Positions 10,206 through 21,678 are shown, counted from the stretch's first letter. The stretch: DNA of 64,000 bases from an uncultured delta proteobacterium (GCA_963754925.1 CAVWHX010000001.1:32001-96000); one strand, 5' to 3'. The notes: generated from the sequence alone by a model not told the origin. Numbers and translations are program-made.

Positions 10206-12018
10206 TTGCTCCGGGGGTCCATTGGTGTGAGCGGGCGCATTCTGATTTGGGTTCTCATCGGTTTGTCTGTCGTTACTATGGCCGTCGGTCTGGCGGGTGT
10301 TCTGAACACCTCGACTATCCCGGAGGCAGATTCCGACAGGCATGATCAAGAGCTCCTGCGGATAACCGGGATGCTTCTCAATCGCGATCTGAGCCAGACA
10401 TCGCGGATCGTAGGCCTCGGCGCCGAATTGTTCGATATAGCGAAAACTTTCATCGGCCGAGCGGAGAGGACTCCTGCGCATGCTCTACAAGCAGGACGAG
10501 GAGATCTCGGCGGTGGTTTTGCTTGACGGGAAGGATCAGCTTGCCGTGCCGGCGGTATTTCTAACTGCCGACCAGATTAAAACCGACGCCGAGATGAGTA
10601 ATCGGCTGCCGGTTGCCGATCAGGATATCAGCACCTTTATGAAGCATTTGCCCATTGAAGCAGCGCGCGAGAAGGGCAAAGCTTTTGGGGGCGTGTATGT
10701 CGATCTGGCGCATAACACCGCCCTGGTGGCCGGCGCCGTGGCAGTCCCGGTCGGCGAGGGTCAACGAACCTGGGTGCTTGGGTTCGAACGCTCACTTCTG
10801 CGCATCCAACAAATCATCGCCACCACAGTTTTTTCGCCCGATGAGTCCCTGTTCGTGGTTGATAACGGGGGGCGTTTGGTGGCTCATCCAGTCGGAAGCC
10901 GATTCTTGCAGCGCGAGCTCATGGGCGAGGACCCGGCCGTGGCAGCGTTCTTGGGTGGAGAACGCTCAGGAAGTATGGTCTACCACACTCCCGACAATCG
11001 GGCGCTACGGAGTACGTTCAGCCGGTTAGAGGTTGTCGATTGGGCGGTGGTTATTCAACGAACACTCCGCGATGCCGGAAGCCATCCACTGCTGCAGGTA
11101 TGGTATCTGATGGTTGTTGGCCTGGCTTTATTTGGCGTCGGCCTTGCGCTTGATTGGCACTACCGACGGGTTAGGACCCAGATGCAAGAAATCAAGGCCG
11201 GAGCCGAACGCCATGCTGCCGAGCTCAAGCTCATTCAAGGATCCTTGCTCGAATCACGCAAGCTCAACGCAATTGGCGATTTGGGGGCCGGGGTGGCCCA
11301 TGAATTCAACAACCCGCTCGGCGGCATCTTGGGTTTGACTCAATTGTTGCTGCGTAAAAAGAAGGAAGGCGACCCGGACCTGCAATTCTTGAATCGGATC
11401 GAGGAGGAAGCCAAGCGTTGCAAGGCAATTACGGACAACCTTCTGCGTTTCTCTGAATTGCAAATGGTAGAAAACCGCGAGCCGCTGCGACTGGATCGCC
11501 TGTTGGAGAACACTATTAGTCTGCTCAGCCGCAAGTTTGAGAACCAGGGAATTCATGTTGAACGCGCGTTTTCACCGGATCTGCCGCGCATTTGGGGCAA
11601 CGAAGGCGAGATCCAGCGGGTATTGTTAAACGTTTTCCTTAATGCCGAGACCGCCATGCGCGACGGGGGCACGCTTACCTTGTCTACCAAGCGCGATGGC
11701 AACGAGGTGGTGGTGAGCATTGCCGACACCGGCAACGGGATTGCGCCAGAAAATATCGAGCGGGTATTCGAGCCCTTCTTTACCACCAAGGACAATTGGA
11801 AGGGCGCCGGCCTCGGCCTCTGGGTGGTATATCAAATTGTTCAAGACCATCAGGGCCATGTAAAAATTGAAAGCGAAATCGGTCAGGGAACAACGGTAAT
11901 CTTCCGCTTTCCCATAGAAGAAAAAACACGGCCCAGCGAACAAAGTTTAATGTGCTTCTCGCAGCCTCGGTGTTACGTGCGAGCTTTTTCATCAAACATA
12001 GGTATTGAATTATCGTAG
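10206..12018 (+). CDS. Membrane sensor histidine kinase with Cache-like extracellular domain, frameshifted at ~10443-10446
   Basis: ORFs 10206-10526 and 10480-12018 join if one A is removed from AAAA (DIAKLSSAERRGLLRMLYK); H-box AHEFNNPL, DTGNGI, PFFTTK, GAGLGL. Confidence 0.85.
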
Positions 12019-12081
12019 GGATGGGCTTTATGCCCGTCCGTTAAAAATCGATTTACGGCTGGGGATAAACCCCAGCCCTAC
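12015..12081. repeat. GTAG-type REP doublet (inverted pair)
   Basis: GTAGGGATGGGCTTTATGCCCGTCC ... GGCTGGGGATAAACCCCAGCCCTAC between convergent genes. Confidence 0.65.
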
Positions 12082-12092
12082 GACCAGGGTAT

Positions 12093-13073
12093 TCAATCGG
12101 GATTATGTATCAAGGCGCTGTCAGCCTCGCGTTCGAGATCTGAAAAATGACCTTCGTATTTGGGCGAGAAATGAAAAATGACCAGACGCCTGGCGCCGGC
12201 CAAGCGAGCCGCTTCTCCGGCCTGCCGGGCGGTTAGATGATAGGTTTCCGCGGCGCGTTCGCGATCTTCATGCAGGAAGGCACCTTCGCAAAATAAAAGG
12301 TCCGCTTGATTGGCAAGTTGCGCGATGCGAGCAAGGTTCTCGGGACTGCCCAGGGAGTCGGTCACATACGCGAGTCGTTGGCCTCGGGTGATAATCAGCA
12401 GTTGTTCGGCGAGTTTCTGAGCTTCGAAAAGCTTACCCTCGATCTCGTAGATTACCCCGGCCAGCTGGCCTTTGCGTACCGCGTCCTTGAGTCGGTTTAA
12501 CCACGGTCCGGGTCGAAGCCCCAGGGCCTCTAATTGAACCGGATCGACGTTATAAAAGTCGTGTTCAACAACCGAGTAGGCCAAACAGGGAGTACGATGG
12601 TCGAGGACCGTCGCTCGAACCGTGATCAACTCGTCACGCCAGATACTGTCGGCATCGGGCAGCTTCTGGCTTTCATTCGGTTTAAAGCGGCGGTGGCACA
12701 AAAACTCAGTCATCTGTGTGTGCTGGCCGTCATACTCGCGCACCTCGAAGGCCAGCCTCTGGTGTTGAACCAAGTTCCAGGTATAGCCGGCGAGCTTGCC
12801 GCGTACGCACCCGGTGATGCCGGTGGGACCGTAAATCCGGACCCGGCGGCCGCGGCCGAGGTGCAGACGCAAGAGGTGGTCAAAACCTATGAAATGGTCA
12901 ATGTGAGCGTGTGAGACAAATACATCACTTATCCGGAGAACCTCGGGGGGTGAAAGCGCATGGAGGGTGCCGCAGTCGAAAAGCAACGCGCGCTTTTGCC
13001 GCAGGATGTCGACAAAGAGAACCGGATCGCCCACCTGGCCGTTGACTAACCGGGGAAGAAAGGCGGTCTTCAT
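12093..13073 (-). CDS. Ribonuclease Z-like metallo-beta-lactamase fold protein
   Basis: LFDCG, SHAHIDHFIG (HxHxDH), exosite-like GLRPGPWL, YVTD, CEGAF, HLTA, FHFSPKY. Confidence 0.85.
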   Translation of the reverse strand: MKTAFLPRLVNGQVGDPVLFVDILRQKRALLFDCGTLHALSPPEVLRISDVFVSHAHIDHFIGFDHLLRLHLGRGRRVRIYGPTGITGCVRGKLAGYTWNLVQHQRLAFEVREYDGQHTQMTEFLCHRRFKPNESQKLPDADSIWRDELITVRATVLDHRTPCLAYSVVEHDFYNVDPVQLEALGLRPGPWLNRLKDAVRKGQLAGVIYEIEGKLFEAQKLAEQLLIITRGQRLAYVTDSLGSPENLARIAQLANQADLLFCEGAFLHEDRERAAETYHLTARQAGEAARLAGARRLVIFHFSPKYEGHFSDLEREADSALIHNPD

Positions 13074-13095
13074 ACAATCAGGCTCTCACACGTCG

Positions 13096-13988
13096 TCATC
13101 GCCACAACCCCTGAGCGTTCACCTCTAACCGCGGCGGCTTGGTGTCAACCAAGATCTCGGGCGACTCTCGAGTGGTCGTGTTACCGGCCGAATCGGTGGC
13201 ATTAATGATCAGCCGGTTGCTGCCTTCTTGCAACGGCACCTCTGCAGAAAAGGTGCCGTTCGAACGCGCCCGAACCATCACGCCGTTAATCGAGCACCGT
13301 GCTTGCCGGGGGCGCCGTGCCCGTGATGGTGGCGTTGGTGAGGTCGCTCTTGGTTGGAGGCCATTTTACGAGCAATGCCACCGAGGTCGGAGTAGGCATG
13401 ACAGGTGCGGGCGGTTGATGGGGGAGCACCGTCGAGTGCGTTCCCCGCTCGACCACCACCGCGCGGCCCTGCGCTGCCAGGGTGACATTGCCCTTTAGGG
13501 TATTAACTTGCACCGTGCCCTGGCCATCGTTCGAAAGGCTAAATTCGCCCTGGCGGGCCGAGGCAACGGCATCGCTGCCGTACGAGGTGAATTCGAGTTC
13601 GTGGTTGCTATCAGCTCCCAGCCCGGCGGTGATGTGGCCCACCCCCAATTCAAACGACGAGCGTTGCACAGCCTCTTGGCCGATAACGAATTCGCTGCTA
13701 TGGCCGATCACGACCGAAATATTGCCGTGCAGGTGCAGCACGGCCTCCGAAAACAGGCCGGTGCGGATACGATCGCCCCGGCCAGAGGCGTTCGCCAAAG
13801 TGAGTTGGGGCGCATCGGCTGGTGTCGTGTCGACACACTTCCACCTGTCCGACTATTGAGCCAATGCGGTCGACCAACGCCAGCGCGTCTTGAGATGGTT
13901 GCGGCGTAATGAACAAATTGACGGCGACAAGCCCCATCAGGAGCATTCCGTTGGTTGAGAGGGCTACCGCACCGCCGGTCTTGGTCAT
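13096..13988 (-). CDS. FecR-domain protein with C-terminal Ig-like domain; split by two frameshifts
   Basis: ORFs 13698-13988, 13286-13798 and 13096-13281 join after single-base corrections at 13776-13779 (LWPGDRIRTG) and ~13290 (V-x-INGVMV); ends GSNRLIINATDSAGN...DTKPP. Confidence 0.7.
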
Positions 13989-14054
13989 GATCTCCTCATC
14001 GCGCTGAAACAGTCAGTGAATCTGTTGGTAACGATCGCGGTGACGGCAAACATC

Positions 14055-15719
14055 TCAAGGTGACGTCGGGGTACTGAGAATTTCCGCAATCTTGTGTAAC
14101 ATTTCGTCACGTCCAAAAGGCTTCTGGATATAACTCGCACCGCGATCAATGATACCATGCTGGGTGATTACCTCATCAGTGTACCCTGACATATACAATA
14201 CCATACTCTCCGGTCTCAGGGCGCGTACGGTCTCGGCAAGTTGTTTGCCGTTCATGTCAGGCATAATGACGTCGGTCAGGAGAATATGAATCGGGCCAAC
14301 ATGTTCTTTGGCGATGCGGCACGCATCCAGCCCATCACGCGCCTCAAGCACCAGGTAGCCCTCCCGCTCTAACATGGTGCGCGTGAGGGTGCGAACCTCG
14401 ACATCGTCCTCAACTAACAACACGGTCTCGCCTGCCGGAGGGCGAGCCGGGAGGGGCGGCCGTTGCAGAACCGCTTCTTCCCCGGCTTTCACCCACGGTA
14501 GTAAGATCGTAAAGGTTGAACCCTTACCGACTTCAGAATCGACCCAGATATGGCCGCCGGCCTGTCGAACAATGCCGTACGTTGCGGAAAGCCCGAGTCC
14601 GGTGCCTTCGCTTTCTTTCTTGGTGGTGAAGAATGGTTCGAAGATTCTATCGCGCACGTCGGGCCCCATACCGCAACCCGTATCGGACACGGTGAGTTGG
14701 ATGTAACGGCCCAACGCCACGCCGATATGGGTACGGCTATACTCCAGATCAATATCTCGGACGATGGTCTCAATCGTCAAGCGTCCGCCGTTGGGCATTG
14801 CGTCTTTCGCGTTCACCGCCAGGTTAACGATGGCTTGCTCGAGGTGACCGCGATCGAGTAGTACGTGCGTAGGCTCGTTCGTTAGTGCAAGATCAATGGT
14901 GATGTCCTCGCCCAAGAGAGTTCTCAGCATTTCTGATAGATCGGTGATCAGGTGATTGATATCAACGACCTGCGGGCGAATCGTCGTGCGCCGGCTGAAA
15001 GCCAGCAGTTTTCGCGCCAGAGCGGCGCCGCGCAAAGCGGCCTTCTCTATCTGCTCGGTAATCGGGCGCAGGGCGCTTTCCGTGCCGAGGGCTTCCCGTA
15101 ACCAGGCGGAGTAATTCAAAACGACAAACAAAAGATTATTGAAGTCGTGCGCCACCCCACCGGCCAGCCGGCCGATTGCCTCCATCTTTTGAGCTTGGCG
15201 GAACTGTTCCTGGAGCTGTGCGCGCTCGGCCTCGGCGCGCCGGCGCTCGCGAATATCGCGTATTGCAGAAATAAACGCGGTCGGGTTGCCGGCCTCATCG
15301 GAAATTATTGCCATGTTGAGCTCGGCCGGAAACACCTCGCCGGACTTGGTCAGCAATCGATACTCTAAGTTATCGACATGGCCTTGCGTACGCACGCGTT
15401 TAAGATCCTCCATGGCGCGCTGTCGGTCCTCGGGAGCAACAAGGTCGAACGCATTCTTACCGATCAGATCTTCCCGGGAGGTGGCGCCGTGAAGCACTAT
15501 CGTGCGGTGGTTGACCATGATAATTCGAGAGGAGAGGTCGACCACCACGATCGCGTCGGGAGAGGTGTCTGCCAAGGTGCGGTAGCGCTGCTCGCTTTGG
15601 TCGAGGGCTTCTTCGGCCTTAGAACGACGCACGTCAGCGGTTTCCAATTCGGCCATTCGTCGACGCAGGTCTTCGAGCTCCCGTACCAGCTCCTCGCGCG
15701 TGAGATAGCCATCTTTCAT
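14055..15719 (-). CDS. PAS-domain hybrid histidine kinase/response regulator (CckA-like architecture)
   Basis: PAS/PAC, AHDFNNLL, NLAVNAKDAMP, GTGLGL, receiver LLVEDD...TDVIMP...MSGY...QKPF. Confidence 0.93.
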   Translation of the reverse strand: MKDGYLTREELVRELEDLRRRMAELETADVRRSKAEEALDQSEQRYRTLADTSPDAIVVVDLSSRIIMVNHRTIVLHGATSREDLIGKNAFDLVAPEDRQRAMEDLKRVRTQGHVDNLEYRLLTKSGEVFPAELNMAIISDEAGNPTAFISAIRDIRERRRAEAERAQLQEQFRQAQKMEAIGRLAGGVAHDFNNLLFVVLNYSAWLREALGTESALRPITEQIEKAALRGAALARKLLAFSRRTTIRPQVVDINHLITDLSEMLRTLLGEDITIDLALTNEPTHVLLDRGHLEQAIVNLAVNAKDAMPNGGRLTIETIVRDIDLEYSRTHIGVALGRYIQLTVSDTGCGMGPDVRDRIFEPFFTTKKESEGTGLGLSATYGIVRQAGGHIWVDSEVGKGSTFTILLPWVKAGEEAVLQRPPLPARPPAGETVLLVEDDVEVRTLTRTMLEREGYLVLEARDGLDACRIAKEHVGPIHILLTDVIMPDMNGKQLAETVRALRPESMVLYMSGYTDEVITQHGIIDRGASYIQKPFGRDEMLHKIAEILSTPTSP

Positions 15720-15867
15720 CAGCAACAACCCTCGCGAAAGCACCACCTACCACAGATCTCTCTGTCGAGCCACCACCACACCGACGGCTATCATACTCTA
15801 AACGGGCAGTCAGTCCAACAAGTGAATAGGTAGTGTCTCAGTTTGAGGCTTACGGGTGTTCGGCAGG

Positions 15868-15951
15868 CTAGTGTCTATCCCACAAGGGGACAAGAGCTTG
15901 TGCAGAGCATAAGAGCTTGTAATCCTCGCTTCGTTCGTCAACAAGCTCTAG
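15868..15951 (-). repeat. TAG-flanked hairpin repeat, copy D
   Basis: Minus strand TAGAGCTTGTTGACGAACGAAGCGAGGATTACAAGCTCTTAT..., homologous to copies at 29374, 31272, 31357, 48284, 54638. Confidence 0.8.
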
Positions 15952-15976
15952 CACCCAGGTCCCATTTACGCTTTGG

Positions 15977-16529
15977 TCACTTTTCCGCTCGAGTGAATTC
16001 GAGGGGAAACTCATAGCCTATCGACTTCACCGCCATGCCGTCCTCTTTTTCCGGTAAAGGACGGAAACTCCCACGTGGCTACCCGTTGCGAAAGGCATTT
16101 GCCAAAACGGTGCTCGGCTATTTCATCAGGCTGAATCTCGACGTTCTGCACTTTGCCGTTGGTTTGAATGTGTATTTCGACAATAGCTTGCCCCTCGAAT
16201 GCCGGATCTTTTTTGAGCGCTTCACAGTAGCAAAACTTGACCGTGCGTAAGTTGCGATTGACCACGCTGTTGAAATCGCTGTCGTCGAGAAGGTCTTTTG
16301 CTGGCTTGCCCTTTGACACCGATACCGTATTACTTGCGCCGAAAAAGAGATTTAAGGTGGCTTCAGGTATATCCTCTCCCGGCCGGGCGGTTACCTTGAA
16401 AAACTTGCTTTGGTCCTGGGCCAACGCTTTAAACCTCGCCGGGAAAATCTTGTCCTTGGCGAAGGTTGTCGATAATCCGAGGCAGCGCGCCAGGCCAATG
16501 ACAAGAATTAACCATATTGCACACCGCAT
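15977..16529 (-). CDS. Secreted AgmX/PglI C-terminal (TonB-C-like) domain protein; frameshift near the 3' end
   Basis: Signal peptide, VKFCYCEALKKDPAFEG, CLSQRVATWEFP; adding one A at 16046-16050 gives the expected C-terminus KSIGYEFPLEFTRAEK*. Confidence 0.75.
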
Positions 16530-16637
16530 AATCGTTTTCCTCCCTCTCTCAAGACGCAGCGCCGAACTTTTAAAATGCATTGTATAGCGGAAGCGGAACG
16601 GAGGCAATACGGGAGGGGTTAGGCACAAAGACCGCGT

Positions 16638-18035
16638 TTAGCCCGTTGGCTTGAAATCATCAGAGCGGATGTCGTAGCGTTTGAGAAGCCTATGCAGGCT
16701 CTCACGCTCGATCCCGGCGCGCTCGGCGGCGCGGGTTACGTTGCCGTCGAACTCGCGCATCAAGGCGAACAGATAGTCGCGCGAGACACGGTCCCGGGCG
16801 ACATCTAGCGCTTCCCGGTATGGCATCTTCACCAGAACATCAATCGGCAAGCCGCCTTCTTGAGCGTCCCGCACCTCGGGGGGGAGATCCCGCGCGTCCA
16901 GTTCTGGCCCGGCGCTAACCGCGACCGCCCGCTCGATCGCGTTTTCCAATTCGCGCACGTTTCCCGGCCAGCGAAAGCCGGTGAGGGCACGCAGTGCCTC
17001 CGGGGTGAGGCCCGTGAGCGCATGCCGCAAGGCGCGGGCATGTTTTTCGAGAAAGTGGACCGCAAGCAGCGGGATGTCTTCGCGTCGTTCGTTGAGCGAC
17101 GGCATGCGGATGGGAAAGACATACAGGCGATAGAAGAGGTCCTCGCGGAAACGCCCGGCCTGGACCTCGGCCTTGAGGTCCCGGTGCGTCGCCGCTATCA
17201 CCCGAACATCCACGGGTACCGTGGCGTTGTCGCCCACGCGCCGGATTTCGCGCTCCTGCAACGCCCGGTTGAGCTTTACCTGTATGGCGAGCGGCAGCTC
17301 TCCCACCTCGTCGAGGAAGATCGTGCCGCCGGAGGCTTCCTCGAAGAGGCCCGGCCTGGCCGCGGCGGCGCCGGTGAACGCGCCGCGCGCATGACCGAAG
17401 AGCTCGCTCTCCACGAGCTCGGAGGGTAGGGCGCCGCAGTTGACCGGCACGAACCGCCGTTCCTTCCGACTGCTCTGGTAGTGGATTGCGCGCGCGGCGA
17501 GCTCCTTGCCCGTGCCGGTCTCTCCGGTGATGAGCACCGTGATGTCGAGCGCGGCGGCTTGTTCCAGGAGGCGGTATACATCCCGCATCGCCCGACTCTT
17601 GCCGACGATGTTATGGAACGCATGAACTTCCTGCAGCTCCTTGCGGAGGTTTGCCGCTTGTTCCCGAAGCCGTTTTCGCTCGAGGGCCCGTGCCACGGCC
17701 AAAACGGCGACGTCGGGATCAAACGGTTTTTGGAGATAATCGTAGGCGCCTTGCTTCATCGCCTCGACCGCGTCATTCACCGTGGCATAGGCAGTCATCA
17801 TGACGACCTCGGTGTCGGGTTCGCGCTTCTTGACCGCCTTGAGCACCTCGAAGCCGTCGGCGCCGGGCATCTTGAGATCGGTGACCACCACGTCGAAATC
17901 CTGGGCTTCGACCAGGGAAAGAGCGCGGAGGCCCTCGGCCGCAGTTGTCAACTCATACTCATCGCCGAGAATTTTGGAGAAGAGCTTCAACATGTTTTCC
18001 TTGTCGTCTACAACCAGAATGCGGGCGCGACTCAT
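16638..18035 (-). CDS. Sigma54-dependent response regulator (NtrC/AtoC family)
   Basis: Receiver, [36 protein letters not shown], Fis-type HTH. Confidence 0.96.
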   Translation of the reverse strand: MSRARILVVDDKENMLKLFSKILGDEYELTTAAEGLRALSLVEAQDFDVVVTDLKMPGADGFEVLKAVKKREPDTEVVMMTAYATVNDAVEAMKQGAYDYLQKPFDPDVAVLAVARALERKRLREQAANLRKELQEVHAFHNIVGKSRAMRDVYRLLEQAAALDITVLITGETGTGKELAARAIHYQSSRKERRFVPVNCGALPSELVESELFGHARGAFTGAAAARPGLFEEASGGTIFLDEVGELPLAIQVKLNRALQEREIRRVGDNATVPVDVRVIAATHRDLKAEVQAGRFREDLFYRLYVFPIRMPSLNERREDIPLLAVHFLEKHARALRHALTGLTPEALRALTGFRWPGNVRELENAIERAVAVSAGPELDARDLPPEVRDAQEGGLPIDVLVKMPYREALDVARDRVSRDYLFALMREFDGNVTRAAERAGIERESLHRLLKRYDIRSDDFKPTG

Positions 18036-18145
18036 TGATTTTCTTCTCTTTCGGAGACAAGCGGCAGTAACGCCGCCCGTTCTTTTCGTTCGCGGCCGGC
18101 TAACAGCCGCTTGTCGTCAACGACTAATATGCGGGCCCGACTCAT
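18032..18145 (-). CDS. 37-aa mini-ORF whose first 12 residues duplicate the response regulator N-terminus
   Basis: [41 protein letters not shown] upstream; TGA overlaps the regulator ATG (ATGA). Confidence 0.55.
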   Translation of the reverse strand: MSRARILVVDDKRLLAGRERKERAALLPLVSEREENQ

Positions 18146-18160
18146 GGGGGTAGTTTCTCC

Positions 18161-19591
18161 CTAACGCGGCAGGCGCAGAATAAAACGTGCGCCGACCGGC
18201 GGAGCGTCAAACACGATCTCCCCGGCGTGCGCACGCGCGATGGCTTGAGATACGGCTAGCCCCAGCCCGGTGCCGCGCTGCTTGGTGGTGAAAAAGGGCT
18301 CGAACAAACGTTCGCGAACGGCGGTATCGACGCCCGTACCGGAGTCACTCACCGACACCTCAACGAACTTCTCCGTCTGGACGATGTGCACCTCAACATG
18401 ACCGTGGTCGCCTGAGGCCTCTATGCCGTTCTTCAACAAATTGAACACCACCTGACGTAGCCTCGGCGCGTCGCCATTGACGGTTCCTTGGCCTGCCACC
18501 TCGACCCTCACGCCGCTTATGCGGTCTGATTCTTCAAACCGCGCTGCCACGTCGTCGCACACCTCGCGCAGGTCAACCGGTTCTGCGTTGGATCTAAGCG
18601 GGCGGGACAGATCAAGGAGCCCTTCGACAATCTCCTTGCAGCGGAGCGTTTCCTCTTCGATGACCCCAAGATCGGCGGCGAGTGCAGGGTCGGCTTTCTT
18701 CTTCAAGACTCGCGCATATCCGAGGATTATCCCGAGGGGGTTGTTGATCTCGTGCGCTAAGCCGGCTGCGAGCCGGCCGATGCCGGCAAGCTTCTCACTT
18801 TGGACGAGTTGTGTTTGATGTTCCTTGAGCGACGCGGTCATGGCATTGAACTGTCGCGCGAGCGAACCGAACTCGTCGTGCGAATCGACCTCGATACGCG
18901 TGTCCAAGTCGCCCGCCGCGATGCGCTCCGCCCCATTTTTAAGGCGGCCAATAGGTCCGGCCACTGAGCGGCCGATACTGATACCCGCCCAACCCGCGAG
19001 GATCGGCGCGATGAGGAGGAACAGCAGAACCCAGATCAGAGCGCGCTGCTGAAGTGTCCCCACCAAGCTCTGCAGCTCGGAGACGGACTGTTCGAAACGA
19101 AGCGTCAACTGGTTCGTGCTTTCCTGGACGCGCGCCATCAGGTCCAGGACGTGATGGTGCTCGGTTTGGACTATTTCGGCCTGCCCGTTGCGAACGCCGG
19201 GCAGGATTCGGTCGTGAAACACCTGGTCCATCTCACCGGTGGTCTTCTCGATATCGGAAACCCATGTTCGCTCATCCTCGTCCGAGGTAAAGCGTTCCAT
19301 ATTCCGCGTAAGGTCGGCGACCCGTGCTTTCGCGTCCTCGTAGTGCTTTAGGTGGCTTTCGTTACCGATAATGATCGTGTGTGCGAGATGCGCGTACTGG
19401 TCACGAACTGCGCTGGCGAGGTCCAAGGCCATGCGCAGCCCTTCAACTCGCTCGCGGGTTCGCTCCAGCCCCTGGCGAATCTGCATAAGGCCGATCAGGG
19501 CGAAAATCGCCGCCGCCGCATAGAGCGCGATCAACGAACTGAAGGCGACAAAGAGACGACGTCCCGTCCCTGACCAACCGAGTTTCCTCAT
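18161..19591 (-). CDS. HAMP-domain sensor histidine kinase, probably metal sensing
   Basis: Two TM helices, His-rich periplasmic domain (HLAH, SHLKH, EHHHV), HAMP, AHEINNPL, GTGLGL; divergent from the Cus-type operon. Confidence 0.92.
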   Translation of the reverse strand: MRKLGWSGTGRRLFVAFSSLIALYAAAAIFALIGLMQIRQGLERTRERVEGLRMALDLASAVRDQYAHLAHTIIIGNESHLKHYEDAKARVADLTRNMERFTSDEDERTWVSDIEKTTGEMDQVFHDRILPGVRNGQAEIVQTEHHHVLDLMARVQESTNQLTLRFEQSVSELQSLVGTLQQRALIWVLLFLLIAPILAGWAGISIGRSVAGPIGRLKNGAERIAAGDLDTRIEVDSHDEFGSLARQFNAMTASLKEHQTQLVQSEKLAGIGRLAAGLAHEINNPLGIILGYARVLKKKADPALAADLGVIEEETLRCKEIVEGLLDLSRPLRSNAEPVDLREVCDDVAARFEESDRISGVRVEVAGQGTVNGDAPRLRQVVFNLLKNGIEASGDHGHVEVHIVQTEKFVEVSVSDSGTGVDTAVRERLFEPFFTTKQRGTGLGLAVSQAIARAHAGEIVFDAPPVGARFILRLPR

Positions 19592-19615
19592 TGCAACTCC
19601 ATGGGCCATCATCCA

Positions 19616-19667
19616 CGGGGTTACCTGATGTAACCCCGACAGTTACAATGTAACCTAGACAGTTTGT
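19616..19667 (+). promoter_or_regulatory. Tandem upstream activator sites for a sigma54 enhancer-binding protein
   Basis: 20-bp direct repeat ATGTAACCCCGACAGTTACA / ATGTAACCTAGACAGTTTGT (TGTAAC-N7-GTTACA), ~90-130 bp upstream of a -24/-12 promoter. Confidence 0.7.
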
Positions 19668-19752
19668 TTACGCAATGTGCAATGAATGTAATCCGGCGCC
19701 TTGACATTAGATAACCGGTTCTAATTTTTAGAAATATTAACAAAACGCTTAG

Positions 19753-19768
19753 TGGCATGTTGTTTGCT
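19753..19768 (+). promoter_or_regulatory. Sigma54 (-24/-12) promoter of the Cus-type operon
   Basis: TGGCATGTTGTTTGCT, exact GG-N10-GC spacing, 42 bp before ATG 19810. Confidence 0.85.
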
Positions 19769-19809
19769 CAGTAAGCAGATAGGTTAGATTTCAACTGGAG
19801 GAGAGATTC

Positions 19810-20203
19810 ATGAAGCTTTCAAAGACGATGCTCATAGGTCTCGTTGGTGCCATACTGCTGGTTGTCGGCGCCTGTACAAAAGATGATCGGGGGCAAACCG
19901 GAACCGACCATTCGCAACCAGCTACCGAAATGCCGATACACCATGTCATCGAAATCTCGGTCACCTCGGAGGGGTTTGTTCCAGCGCAAGCCACCGTTCA
20001 CGCGGGCCATCCTGTTAAACTTAGTGATCACGAGGAAAGTGGAAAACACCTGTGCGACCGATATCGTTATCAAGGACTACGGGATCAATAAACCGTTACC
20101 CCTGAATATACCCGTGGAGATCACCTTCACACCCACGAAACCCGGTAGGATCCGCTACTCCTGCCCGATGGACATGATCACCGGCGAGATCGTCGCCGAA
20201 TAA
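19810..20203 (+). CDS. Cupredoxin-like domain lipoprotein; frameshift at ~20020
   Basis: Lipobox VGAC, GFVP...AGHPVKL joined to VITRKVENTCA...FTPTKPGRIRYSCPMDM. Confidence 0.8.
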
Positions 20204-20216
20204 TTTGGAGGAGCCC

Positions 20217-21659
20217 ATGCGGCGCGCCGAAATCATATTCAGGTACAATACCGTGAGGCGCTGGATTGGCGCGACGCTTGTGATCCTGTGCCTTCCTCTC
20301 GCGCGGGGGGCGTGGGCATCTCCGCCATCCAACATGGTGGAACTACCTACCGATCCCGTACTCGCAACGCTTATTGAGCAGAGCCTTGCCATCGTCCCCG
20401 AATTAGCGCAGGCGCGCGCTCTGGCAAAGGCGGATCGCGAACGCGCGCCCCAGGCCGGGGCTTTGCCCGATCCCCTGCTCCAGCTCGGCGTTCAGAATGA
20501 CGGCTTCACCAGCTGGGAAGTTGGAAAAATGGAGACGAGCTGGTACTCGATCATGATCTCGCAAACGTTGCCCTGGCCCGGAAAGCTGCGGTTGCGAAGC
20601 GAGGTTGCCGAGCTCGGCGCCAACCAGGCGGAACAGAACGTCGCGCGGGTACGCTTGTCCACCGAAGCGGAGGTCCGACGCGCCTATCTTGGTCTTACCC
20701 TCGCACGCGACCGGCTGAGTTTGTTGGATCGCCTCGAGGCGATTTGGCAGAAGTCGGCCGCGCTCGCGCGGATCCGCTACGAAACCGGGCAGGGGGCGCA
20801 GTCGGATGTTTTTCGCGCGCAGCTCGAGCTCAATCGCATCCGGCAACGCCGGTGGGCCCTGCAGGTTGAGGCTGACACCCAGGTGCAAGCGCTCAACCGC
20901 CTGCGAGGTCATCCGCTCGATGAGCCTATCGCCACCGCGAGCCACTTGGCGGACCTTGCTCTTCCCTCGCTGAATGACGACAGCGTTGCCGCCCAAGACG
21001 CCTTCGACCGCAGTCCGGAGCTCGCGTCTGCTCGCCTGGGACTGCCCCAAGCGAAAAAGTCGGTCGCGCTCGCCCGCAAGAGCTATCTGCCGGATTTCAC
21101 CGTGAGCGCCGGCGTGATGCCGCGCGGCGGCGACTTTCCGCCCATGTGGCTTCTGAACGTCGGCTTTACGCTTCCGGTTTTTACGGGATCGAAGCAAAAC
21201 CGCGCGGTCGCCGAAAACGAGGCGCGTGTTCTCGCTAGTCATAAAAAAATCGAAAGCCTCGAGCAGGTGCTTCACCTGCGCGTGTTCCAGCGCCGCACCT
21301 CGCTTGCTGCCCTGCTCGAAACCATCCGGCTCTACCGGAACGGTTTGTTGGTCCAATCGGAGGCCACGGTGGATAGCACCCTTGCGCAGTACGAGGTCGG
21401 CAGGGTGACCTTCGCCTCGGTCCTCGATGCCAATGCCGGGCTCATCGCCGATCAAGACGGGTACCTTCAGGCCCTGGCGCAGGCGCAGCGCCTGACGATA
21501 GACTCCTTCGAGGTAAGCTTGGCTCCCGTATCTTCAGCCGGCGCCGGCATGGAGACTGCCGCAATGCCCGGTGCGGGCGCCGCGAACGCCCGTGCATCGT
21601 CGCCGAGCGGCGGCACGGCTACGGCAAGTCCGACGGGCGGCGGCTCGTCCGCAATGTAG
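20217..21659 (+). CDS. TolC-family outer membrane efflux protein (CusC-like)
   Basis: GALPDP, SQTLPWPGK, two OEP repeats; upstream of CusB/CusA homologs. Confidence 0.9.
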   Translation: MRRAEIIFRYNTVRRWIGATLVILCLPLARGAWASPPSNMVELPTDPVLATLIEQSLAIVPELAQARALAKADRERAPQAGALPDPLLQLGVQNDGFTSWEVGKMETSWYSIMISQTLPWPGKLRLRSEVAELGANQAEQNVARVRLSTEAEVRRAYLGLTLARDRLSLLDRLEAIWQKSAALARIRYETGQGAQSDVFRAQLELNRIRQRRWALQVEADTQVQALNRLRGHPLDEPIATASHLADLALPSLNDDSVAAQDAFDRSPELASARLGLPQAKKSVALARKSYLPDFTVSAGVMPRGGDFPPMWLLNVGFTLPVFTGSKQNRAVAENEARVLASHKKIESLEQVLHLRVFQRRTSLAALLETIRLYRNGLLVQSEATVDSTLAQYEVGRVTFASVLDANAGLIADQDGYLQALAQAQRLTIDSFEVSLAPVSSAGAGMETAAMPGAGAANARASSPSGGTATASPTGGGSSAM

Positions 21660-21678
21660 AGTACGTGGGGAAGATACC

